Below are positions 9,467-15,990 of a DNA stretch of 20,000 bases, in pieces (positions within the stretch are counted from its first letter, which is position 1; the number at the start of each line of letters is the position of its first letter). Source of the DNA: an uncultured virus (IMG/VR IMGVR_UViG_3300042306_000801) (taxonomy: Duplodnaviria > Heunggongvirae > Uroviricota > Caudoviricetes); the IMG/VR virus record IMGVR_UViG_3300042306_000801; one strand, given 5' to 3'. The translations under genes were made by a program, and so were the position numbers. The notes under the pieces were generated by a model, which saw only the letters and a list, made by a program, of their open reading frames with translations, was not told the DNA's origin and made no database searches.

Positions 9467-9503
9467 ATTATATTTATATACACAAATAAATAAAGTTTAA
9501 ATA

Positions 9504-9944
9504 ATGTTCGTACCAAACCATCTTCATCTTTTGGTAAAGGGTTATGTAAAGACTCCACCAAAAACAGACAAAGTGTTAAACATCTGGTTTACACAATTAG
9601 TACAAAATGTGGGAATGAAAGTAGTAGCCGGTCCCACTTCGGTTTATGTTAATGAACCGGGTAACGAAGGGATAACCGGAACTGTTACATTAGCTACATC
9701 ACACGCATCAATTCACGTTTGGGATAATGAAAACCCAGCGATGTTTCAGTTTGATTTATATAGTTGTTCAAATTTTAAACCAAAAGATGTTTTAAATCAT
9801 TTAGATGATTGGTTTGGATTAACTGAAGCTCATTGGCAATTTATTGACAGAAACGGTAATGATTTCAAAGTGATTGATTCTGGACACTTTAAGAAAAGTA
9901 AGATAAAACAAATAATAGATATATTTAAAAGAAAGCAGGTTTAA
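9504..9944 (+). CDS. speD: S-adenosylmethionine decarboxylase proenzyme
   Basis: HLLV, GITGTVTLATSHASIHVW (pyruvoyl Ser site) and FDLYSC motifs. Confidence 0.85.
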   Translation: MFVPNHLHLLVKGYVKTPPKTDKVLNIWFTQLVQNVGMKVVAGPTSVYVNEPGNEGITGTVTLATSHASIHVWDNENPAMFQFDLYSCSNFKPKDVLNHLDDWFGLTEAHWQFIDRNGNDFKVIDSGHFKKSKIKQIIDIFKRKQV

Positions 9945-10588
9945 TGAATTTGGATGATATTAAATATGGTAATACAACTAAAGAGCAAGAAGCTAAAGTT
10001 AAAGAGGATAGAGCCGGTATATTAAAGGCTGCTATTGAAACTGGTATTATCAAAGATGTATTAGAAAATCATCCATTCCCAGCTAACTCATCTGATGAAA
10101 CAAAAAACGAATTAGAATATCTTACAAAGATAACTAATAACGCAGATGAAGATGACATTAAATTTTGTTATCTAATTGAAAATAATCACTATGATTTTTT
10201 TGTTATTGTAGCAAAGAAATTGGGATTAGATGTGAGTAAAGAAGAAATTCTAAAATGGGTTGGTGATATAGACCCTATAACATTTTACTTAAAGGATAAA
10301 TTCAATCGTCCAAGACCTTATCAATTAGCTAAAGAGTTGGGATTGGATTTACATCCGATTACTGCTACTGATGCAAATTCAGCAGCATATCCATCAGGTC
10401 ACACAATGGATTTTTTAGTTATACTTTATCACTTTGGAAAGATGAATCCAGCATTAGCGGAAGAGCTTGATGATTTTTATCACGAGATAAAGAGAGCAAG
10501 AGAATTAAGTGGATTACACTATCCATCTGATAGAAAAGTATCGGAATATATATTTAAACAATTGGTTAAACATAACCTAATAAAATAA
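9944..10588 (+). CDS. PAP2 superfamily phosphatase/haloperoxidase-like protein
   Basis: KDKFNRPRP, AYPSGH and RELSGLHYPSD, the three PAP2 motifs. Confidence 0.9.
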   Translation: MNLDDIKYGNTTKEQEAKVKEDRAGILKAAIETGIIKDVLENHPFPANSSDETKNELEYLTKITNNADEDDIKFCYLIENNHYDFFVIVAKKLGLDVSKEEILKWVGDIDPITFYLKDKFNRPRPYQLAKELGLDLHPITATDANSAAYPSGHTMDFLVILYHFGKMNPALAEELDDFYHEIKRARELSGLHYPSDRKVSEYIFKQLVKHNLIK

Positions 10589-10627
10589 GTTACACACCTA
10601 AACGAAATAAACCACACATGGACGAAG

Positions 10628-10873
10628 GTGATAGTAAAAACAATAAACAAATTAAAGGACAAAAGCAATCGCTTAATGCTTTACAAAGACATGGCATTGA
10701 TGTTGGCTCTATTCTTCAATCCGTTTGGATTCGATGCCGTTCAGTATTCCCTAATACTACTGACGGGAAGTTTATGGAAAGCGAACTTCGTTTTGTATTG
10801 TATTGCGGGGTTATTTTTTGGACTTTATATCTGGTTTACGAAGTGTTTAAATAAATTTGGTAATATCAAATAA
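10628..10873 (+). CDS. hypothetical membrane protein
   Basis: GTG start; two TM segments (LALFFNPFGFD...); preferred over the overlapping frame at 10618. Confidence 0.6.
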   Translation: MIVKTINKLKDKSNRLMLYKDMALMLALFFNPFGFDAVQYSLILLTGSLWKANFVLYCIAGLFFGLYIWFTKCLNKFGNIK

Positions 10874-10887
10874 AATTCGTATATTTG
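10856..10887 (+). promoter_or_regulatory. Bacteroidota-type promoter
   Basis: TTTG (10856) + 20 nt + TATATTTG (10880). Confidence 0.85.
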
Positions 10888-10894
10888 TATAGAT

Positions 10895-11128
10895 ATGGAA
10901 ATAAATGAGAAAATAGTAAAGCTAAAGATTAGGGAAAAAGAATTGCAAGAACAACTTGCATATTGGGAAGCCTATCCACCTGTAAATAATATGGGAAAAT
11001 GGGCTAGACAAACCAAACTTGATTCTTTAAAAGAAAAGCTAACAAAGGTTCAGGAAAAGATTCATTTCCACGATTCTATATATTTATCTAATGAAATATA
11101 TAAGGAATGGAAAAAGGATGTAAAATAG
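10895..11128 (+). CDS. hypothetical coiled-coil protein
   Basis: ATG 7 nt after the -7 element. Confidence 0.65.
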   Translation: MEINEKIVKLKIREKELQEQLAYWEAYPPVNNMGKWARQTKLDSLKEKLTKVQEKIHFHDSIYLSNEIYKEWKKDVK

Positions 11129-11832
11129 CACAACTAACTGAAGCCTCACTGGGTAGGGTTCTCCAACACGTTCAAGGTAAAAAGAAGGTAAAAAGTTGGG
11201 GAGTTATAACTGCTTATAGATATGCAAATACTCCTGCTGAAAATAAAGCGGCTAACAAAATATTAGCGGATAAAATAAGAGCTAAAGGATTAGGATTTTT
11301 TGAGATGGAAGGTCATTGGCAAGAGTGTCAAGATAATAGAGTAAACTATTTTGATTGTCCAAAAGATAAATTAGTTGATTCAACCGAAATTTCCTTATTC
11401 GTTCCAAACATTTCAATTAAAGATATTCACCAATTAGGAAATGAATTCACACAGGATTCAGTTTTGTATGGTGGCGAAGATACCAAAGGTAAAGGTGTTT
11501 TGGTTTATAAAAATGGTAGAGTAGAAAGTGTTGGGGATATGCATCCTGGTACAATGCAGCAAGCATATTCAAAAATGAGAAATACCAAACAAGTTTTCGC
11601 ATTTCAAAGAAAAAAAGGTACACAAAGAAATTTACAAAATCTACCAGGATCATCTGCGGAAAGAGATGATAAATTAATCAAAATGTTGCCAAAGGATATT
11701 CTTAATAAAACTGTAAGAAATCCAGAAACCGGCAGAGATATAAAAGTACAATCTGCGCTTAGATATCAAGATGATGCTCCTGTTAAAAAGAGTGCAATGT
11801 CATTAGTACAGATTATGCAAAAATCTAAGTAA
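11107..11832 (+). CDS. hypothetical phage protein
   Basis: 241 aa; WGVITAYR...ENKAAN domain and C-terminal VRNPETGRDIKV motif. Confidence 0.75.
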   Translation: MEKGCKIAQLTEASLGRVLQHVQGKKKVKSWGVITAYRYANTPAENKAANKILADKIRAKGLGFFEMEGHWQECQDNRVNYFDCPKDKLVDSTEISLFVPNISIKDIHQLGNEFTQDSVLYGGEDTKGKGVLVYKNGRVESVGDMHPGTMQQAYSKMRNTKQVFAFQRKKGTQRNLQNLPGSSAERDDKLIKMLPKDILNKTVRNPETGRDIKVQSALRYQDDAPVKKSAMSLVQIMQKSK

Positions 11833-11835
11833 GAT

Positions 11836-12429
11836 ATGCCAGATAGGTTACGATATTTAGTAGGCGGTACAATCGCAGCATCCGATATAAATACGGAATT
11901 CAACAGAGGTGGATATTTTAGTATATGGGACGCTAGAAATGGCAATTATGGTGCTATAAATGATGCAAGTAGTTATAGACCAACTGCTAACGGACAAAGT
12001 GGATACGAATTTAATGATTGGTGGGGATATACTCATAGTGCAAGTAGACCATACGTTTACATCTTCAAATATGAAGCACAAGCAAGTTGTAGTATAAGAT
12101 TATATAAGTGGAATGTATATGGTGGAACTGAATGGAGTGAACGATGGTATTTCTACAATATAGGTCCTTGGCACGATGCATCCGGTGGCGGTGATGGAAA
12201 TAATAGCCCCGCTGCTCCGGCTAGAATGGATGATAGAATAAGTTTTTATTGGTACACGTTTGGTTGGGGCAATATGTCAAAAACTACTTATAAAGCAGTA
12301 TATAGTAATGTTAGAGGAAATATAATTTACTATGGATGTGATGCCGTTTCAAATGCAAGATACGCCGAAGTAAATCCAATATGGAGTGGTGAATCTTTAT
12401 ATTGCTATTCTGTGGAAAACTACTGTTAA
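11836..12429 (+). CDS. hypothetical protein, possibly virion-associated
   Basis: Tyr/Trp/Gly/Asn-rich; N-terminal GTIAASDINTEF motif reminiscent of phage fibre-associated proteins. Confidence 0.65.
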   Translation: MPDRLRYLVGGTIAASDINTEFNRGGYFSIWDARNGNYGAINDASSYRPTANGQSGYEFNDWWGYTHSASRPYVYIFKYEAQASCSIRLYKWNVYGGTEWSERWYFYNIGPWHDASGGGDGNNSPAAPARMDDRISFYWYTFGWGNMSKTTYKAVYSNVRGNIIYYGCDAVSNARYAEVNPIWSGESLYCYSVENYC

Positions 12430-12448
12430 AAACTTTAATTAATATATT

Positions 12449-12724
12449 ATGAAAACTTATGTTCTAACTGGCGAAAGCCATATGTGCTTTGATGACGAAG
12501 AAAAAACCTTAATTTCAATTACCAATTCATCTAGAATTGACAATTCTTCTATTGCATACACAAAAGACCCTCTAGCATTTAGAGCGGTATATGACCACGC
12601 AATGTCTGAAATATCCGGTAGTGATAGACCGGTTGGTGGAATCCCATTATTTCAACCCGATACGGAAGAAATGTTCAATTCGGTAAGAGAACTGGTACTT
12701 AATAAGTTTAACGCTTTAATTTAA
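12449..12724 (+). CDS. hypothetical protein
   Basis: 91-aa ORF following the previous gene. Confidence 0.7.
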   Translation: MKTYVLTGESHMCFDDEEKTLISITNSSRIDNSSIAYTKDPLAFRAVYDHAMSEISGSDRPVGGIPLFQPDTEEMFNSVRELVLNKFNALI

Positions 12725-12731
12725 AAATAAA

Positions 12732-12763
12732 TTTGGTAGTTTCATATCTTTTTTGTATATTTG
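12732..12763 (+). promoter_or_regulatory. Bacteroidota-type promoter
   Basis: TTTG (12732) + 20 nt + TATATTTG (12756). Confidence 0.8.
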
Positions 12764-12820
12764 TATATACTTATAAATTCTTATGTATATAAGTCATTGA
12801 TAATGAGGCATTTATAAAAG

Positions 12821-12829
12821 TTATCCACA
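12821..12829 (+). promoter_or_regulatory. perfect DnaA box
   Basis: TTATCCACA in a non-coding AT-rich gap; single copy, function uncertain. Confidence 0.4.
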
Positions 12830-12843
12830 TTTTGAAAAATAAA

Positions 12844-12875
12844 TTTGGAAATTTGAAAAAGGTTTCGTATCTTTA
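12844..12875 (+). promoter_or_regulatory. Bacteroidota-type promoter for initiator tRNA
   Basis: TTTG (12844) + 20 nt + TATCTTTA (12868). Confidence 0.8.
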
Positions 12876-12898
12876 CATCGTTCTTTTAAATAATACAT

Positions 12899-12970
12899 CG
12901 TGAGGTAGAGCAGTGGTAGCTCGCCAGGCTCATAACCTGGAGGCCGGTGGTTCGAATCCATCCCTCGCAA
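12899..12970 (+). tRNA. tRNA-fMet (CAT)
   Basis: Cloverleaf, CCAGG-CTCATAA-CCTGG, C1:A72 mismatch typical of initiators. Confidence 0.92.
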
Positions 12971-12972
12971 CA

Positions 12973-13072
12973 AAATCTATAATAGTGGTATCTGATACTG
13001 ACAGCTCTTTGGGAGTGATGGGTGTGAAAGCAGATTGAAAAGGGTACAACCCAACCCCATTATAATAGATTT
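12973..13072 (+). ncRNA. unknown structured RNA
   Basis: 16-nt closing stem 12973-12988/13057-13072 (one mismatch, one G-U); internal ATCTG/CAGAT helix. Confidence 0.55.
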
Positions 13073-13081
13073 AAAAAAAGA

Positions 13082-13113
13082 TTTGGTAGTTTGAAAAAAC
13101 TTTCGTATCTTTA
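13082..13113 (+). promoter_or_regulatory. Bacteroidota-type promoter (repeat copy)
   Basis: TTTG + 20 nt + TATCTTTA. Confidence 0.8.
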
Positions 13114-13115
13114 AC

Positions 13116-13200
13116 AAAGTTAAGGTTGAAGCCAACAATAATAAAACCGATTGTGTGAGGGGCTCAAGCTCCGAAGAAAGCCGGATACCTTAATAACTTT
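13116..13200 (+). ncRNA. unknown small structured RNA
   Basis: Starts just after the promoter; closing stem AAAGTT-AAGGT / ACCTT-AAT-AACTTT; inner hairpins ACAAT/ATTGT and GGGGC-TCAA-GCTCC. Confidence 0.5.
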
Positions 13201-13210
13201 TAAAAAAAGA

Positions 13211-13242
13211 TTTGGTAGTTTGAAAAAATTATCGTATCTTTA
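13211..13242 (+). promoter_or_regulatory. Bacteroidota-type promoter (repeat copy)
   Basis: TTTG + 20 nt + TATCTTTA. Confidence 0.8.
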
Positions 13243-13303
13243 TAAAGATTCAAAAATAAAGTAGTTGATTGGTTTGACCAGAAAACAAAATTGAGAATCT
13301 TTA
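13243..13303 (+). ncRNA. unknown small hairpin RNA
   Basis: TAAAGATTC (13243-13251) / GAATCTTTA (13295-13303) closing stem. Confidence 0.4.
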
Positions 13304-13311
13304 AAAATAAA

Positions 13312-13343
13312 TTTGGTAGTTTGAAAAAGGTTTCGTATCTTTA
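13312..13343 (+). promoter_or_regulatory. Bacteroidota-type promoter for the large ncRNA
   Basis: TTTG + 20 nt + TATCTTTA. Confidence 0.8.
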
Positions 13344-13361
13344 TAAAGTTAGCAAATAACA

Positions 13362-13379
13362 AAGTTCTTTACATTATTG
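13362..13379 (+). promoter_or_regulatory. boxA-like antitermination element
   Basis: AAGTTCTTTACATTATTG, resembling rrn boxA (GYTCTTT core), between promoter and large RNA. Confidence 0.55.
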
Positions 13380-13420
13380 AAATAATTTACACATAATAAC
13401 TTCGTGTTATATAGTGTACA

Positions 13421-14256
13421 AAATGGCCGCCTATGGTCATTAAATAAACTACGAAAGTAGGATAAAGTGAAATGTTTGGTTAAGCATTTTGCGGTTCATA
13501 TCCCTGTAAGGTTATGAGCTTGAGTAGGCAAGTGAGATATCATTTGGGCTTTGTATGTGAGGGTAACACTGTAGCAGAAGAGTTTGGGTGACTGAGCAAT
13601 TGTAGATTGTTCAGTTGAGTTCGGAAGAACGATAAGAATAACTCATAGGATTATTGTAAGAAATAGAAAGCTAATCCCTTTTTATTATTGCGTGATTCAA
13701 TACCAAAGTGGTCTTGACAATCAAGCTATCCGAAAGGACGTAAGATAAGACTGTGTACGGGTGGTGCCGTTACTATCCTTTAATATGGGACACCAATCCC
13801 TATTAATGAAGATGACTTGAAGTATGGCGTTGAGATAACGCATCGGGTAGTATAGTATTCTGTTCTTCAAAAGGGGACAGAGCTAGTGGTGAACCGCTAC
13901 CTGAATCCATCTACGAACCAAAACTTTTATCAAATGCGGATTTGATTATTCAATTATAAATAAAAGCAAAAGTGTTCATCAGTTGTGACCGAAAGGTGCA
14001 TACATAGTTGGGAGTTGTTCCCAGCCACAAACGCCCGCAAGGCGAATGTGATATCTACGAAAAGCTTATAGACCCGCAAGGTTTAATCAGTTCGGCAGGA
14101 TTGAATAAGGGGAGTAATAGGTGAGTAAGTTACAACTTTAAGAGTGGTTAATCTATAATAACCTGCATTGACTGGTACATCTCAAAAGGGTGTGGAAACG
14201 AAAGGAAACAAAATAATCTTTCTAAAGCTAGTTATCCCAACGTATATTCTCAGCGT
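13421..14256 (+). ncRNA. giant structured ncRNA, GOLLD-like
   Basis: ~835 nt with no ORF in the track, GC-richer than the flanks, many helices capped by GAAA/GCAA/GTAA loops; size and tRNA-flanked phage context fit GOLLD; ends approximate. Confidence 0.75.
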
Positions 14257-14261
14257 TTTTA

Positions 14262-14305
14262 CTTTCTCAATGGTTGCATATTGGTTCGATTCCAATAGAG
14301 AGAGC
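14262..14305 (+). ncRNA. minimal tRNA-like element (acceptor stem plus T arm)
   Basis: CTTTCTC-N10-TATTGG-TTCGATT-CCAATA-GAGAGAG. Confidence 0.6.
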
Positions 14306-14362
14306 TACTAACAACTGAAAGGTTGTTCGTTTCATATCTTAATTTTTATTACAACTTGAAAA

Positions 14363-14386
14363 GGGGGGCATAGCAATATGTTCCCC
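14363..14386. terminator. strong hairpin, possible terminator or 3' end structure
   Basis: GGGGGGCATA-GCAA-TATGTTCCCC; weak U-tract on the + strand. Confidence 0.45.
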
Positions 14387-14457
14387 AATTTAAGCCTGAT
14401 AAAACTAACAAAGATTCGGAAAATAAAATTATTATATACTTATATAAACAAACAGTG

Positions 14458-14619
14458 ATGAAAACTTTAACACTACATACAAATTGTTCGCAACCTACAT
14501 TGAGAAATGAGTGGGCAGGCATTCGTATGTTTAGTACGTTAAGTAATCCGGCAAACTTACAATTAGGCAAGGTGGATTATATTAGTACGAAGCAGTTAGA
14601 GGACACTGATGTTGGGTAA
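14458..14619 (+). CDS. putative leader peptide of the tRNA array (53 aa, not in ORF track)
   Basis: MKTLTLHTNCSQPTLRNEWAGIRMFSTLSNPANLQLGKVDYISTKQLEDTDVG; contains all 20 amino acids; followed by a terminator. Confidence 0.65.
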   Translation: MKTLTLHTNCSQPTLRNEWAGIRMFSTLSNPANLQLGKVDYISTKQLEDTDVG

Positions 14620-14656
14620 TTACATAACTTAACTTAAATAGAAAGACCTCTAACTG
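14593..14656 (+). promoter_or_regulatory. putative antiterminator helix
   Basis: CAGTTAGAGG (14593-14602, inside the leader ORF) is the exact reverse complement of CCTCTAACTG (14647-14656, terminator 5' arm). Confidence 0.65.
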
Positions 14657-14680
14657 AATAAAATCGGTTAGAGGTTTTTT
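14644..14680 (+). terminator. intrinsic terminator immediately upstream of the tRNA array
   Basis: AGACCTCTAACTGA-ATAAAA-TCGGTTAGAGGTTT followed by more Ts. Confidence 0.85.
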
Positions 14681-14688
14681 CGTTTTAA

Positions 14689-14760
14689 GCTCCTTTGGCG
14701 CAGCGGTAGCGCAGCAGACTGTTAATCTGTTGGTCCTTGGTTCGAATCCAAGAGGGAGCG
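14689..14760 (+). tRNA. tRNA-Asn (GTT)
   Basis: Cloverleaf; GCAGA-CTGTTAA-TCTGT. Confidence 0.95.
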
Positions 14761-14767
14761 CAAGATT

Positions 14768-14785
14768 AAGTTCTTTGACATATTG
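14768..14785 (+). promoter_or_regulatory. boxA-like antitermination element
   Basis: AAGTTCTTTGACATATTG. Confidence 0.6.
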
Positions 14786-14793
14786 GATAAGTA

Positions 14794-14868
14794 GGAAGTT
14801 TAGCTCAGTTGGTTTAGAGCATCACGTTTACACCGTGAGGGTCATAGGTTCGAATCCTGTAACTTCCA
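14794..14868 (+). tRNA. tRNA-Val (TAC)
   Basis: Cloverleaf; TCACG-TTTACAC-CGTGA. Confidence 0.95.
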
Positions 14869-14874
14869 CAACAT

Positions 14875-14968
14875 GTTCCATACACATTCCTACAATCTCT
14901 CAGTTGAAAGCTGTTGTAGGATTGAGTGAGTAGCACGATAGGGCTATCAAATGTGAGTTATATGGAAC
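14875..14968 (+). ncRNA. unknown multi-stem RNA between tRNAs
   Basis: GTTCCATA/TATGGAAC, CACATT/AATGTG, TCCTACAA/TTGTAGGA, GATAG/CTATC. Confidence 0.6.
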
Positions 14969-14973
14969 GCCAT

Positions 14974-15055
14974 TGGGGTATCGCATAGTGGCAATTGCGG
15001 CTGACTGTAAATCAGCTCTCATTTGAGTTCGGCGGTTCGAGTCCGTCTACCCCAA
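14974..15055 (+). tRNA. tRNA-Tyr (GTA)
   Basis: GCTGA-CTGTAAA-TCAGC with long variable arm. Confidence 0.94.
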
Positions 15056-15059
15056 CACT

Positions 15060-15132
15060 GGTGATGAAGCTAACTAGGTAGAAGCGAAAGACTGAAAATC
15101 TTTAGGAAGTGGTTCGATACCACTCATTACCA
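15060..15132 (+). tRNA. tRNA-Phe (GAA)
   Basis: AAAGA-CTGAAAA-TCTTT. Confidence 0.92.
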
Positions 15133-15153
15133 CTTAACAATTAAAAAACAATT

Positions 15154-15363
15154 ATGGCAGATTTTAATCATGGAGTTGGTACATTAATAAAAGAGTTAGT
15201 GACACCAAAAGGAAAAATTGAAGTGGGTAGCAAAGGAGTAATTACCGCATATCTACCAGAAGATGGTAAGTTCGCAGTAGATTTTGGAAATGGACAATGG
15301 ATAACGTTTGATAAAATATCATTGGACGAATATTGTAAAATAGAATTAGAAGATAACAATTAA
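15154..15363 (+). CDS. small hypothetical protein (possible SH3-like beta barrel) within the tRNA array
   Basis: 69 aa; IEVGSKGVI...FAVDFG pattern. Confidence 0.7.
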   Translation: MADFNHGVGTLIKELVTPKGKIEVGSKGVITAYLPEDGKFAVDFGNGQWITFDKISLDEYCKIELEDNN

Positions 15364-15403
15364 AAACAAATACTATGGAAAGTGACAAGTATGACAAAAG
15401 TCA

Positions 15404-15477
15404 GACCTCTTAGCTCAGTTGGTTAGAGCACTATACTTTTAATATAGGAGTCAATGGTTCGAATCCATTAGGGGTCA
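15404..15477 (+). tRNA. tRNA-Lys (TTT)
   Basis: CTATA-CTTTTAA-TATAG. Confidence 0.95.
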
Positions 15478-15552
15478 CAAAAAGTTCCGAACTTAATATT
15501 GAGTTAAAATAATGATGTACACATTATACGATAGGATGGAAACCTATCACAT

Positions 15553-15626
15553 TGGGAATTAGCGTAGTCAGGTATCGCGCTAGCTTTGGGAGCTAGAGGC
15601 CGTAGGTTCGAATCCTGCATTCCCAA
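15553..15626 (+). tRNA. tRNA-Pro (TGG)
   Basis: CTAGC-TTTGGGA-GCTAG. Confidence 0.94.
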
Positions 15627-15674
15627 CCGAGATGGTTCGCACTACACAGCATTGGGAAATAGGAAGTGCAAAAT

Positions 15675-15748
15675 TGGAATATAGCTCAATTGGTTAGAGC
15701 GCCGCTCTGATACGGCGGAAGTTGAAAGTTCGAGTCTTTCTATTCCAA
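15675..15748 (+). tRNA. tRNA-Ile (GAT)
   Basis: CCGCT-CTGATAC-GGCGG. Confidence 0.94.
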
Positions 15749-15753
15749 CACAC

Positions 15754-15824
15754 ATCTCCTTGGTGTAATGGTAACATGCCGCTCTCCAAAAGCGTTGATT
15801 GCAGTTCGAGTCTGTAAGGGGGTG
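15754..15824 (+). tRNA. tRNA-Trp (CCA)
   Basis: CCGCT-CTCCAAA-AGCGT. Confidence 0.9.
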
Positions 15825-15830
15825 CATAAT

Positions 15831-15903
15831 GGCTCTTTGGTGTAATGGATTAGCACACGAAGCTACGGACTTCGGAGTATGGGTTCGAATCCTTTAGGGG
15901 CTA
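15831..15903 (+). tRNA. tRNA-Arg (ACG)
   Basis: CGAAG-CTACGGA-CTTCG. Confidence 0.93.
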
Positions 15904-15911
15904 CATAATAA

Positions 15912-15982
15912 GGCGAGTTGTTAGAGTGGTGATATGAAGTTCTGCAAAAACTTTTACACAGGTTCGAATCCTGTACTCGCCT
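15912..15982 (+). tRNA. tRNA-Cys (GCA)
   Basis: AAGTT-CTGCAAA-AACTT; U73 discriminator. Confidence 0.92.
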
Positions 15983-15990
15983 CGGCAAAG

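Noticed and set aside
10618..10854. Alternative-frame 78-aa ORF
   Set aside because: Almost fully overlaps 10628-10873, which has a more protein-like membrane pattern; the choice is tentative
17..12081. Minus-strand ORFs (e.g. 1027-1332, 2380-2733, 3974-4414, 4705-5070, 8606-8920)
   Set aside because: Antisense to well-supported + strand genes, with no recognisable motifs
12835..13345. CRISPR array
   Set aside because: Repeats match the promoter consensus found elsewhere, spacers are very unequal in length, one contains a tRNA, and there are no cas genes
13421..14256. rRNA, tmRNA, RNase P RNA or group I/II intron
   Set aside because: No recognisable rRNA universal motifs, tmRNA termini, RNase P P4 signature or group II domain V, and it does not interrupt a gene
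14349..14570. Minus-strand 73-aa ORF
   Set aside because: Antisense to the leader ORF; all other signals in the region are on the + strand
14458..14680. T-box riboswitch
   Set aside because: No clear T-box consensus (AAnnnnGGTGGnACC) or stem I; the antiterminator lies within an ORF instead
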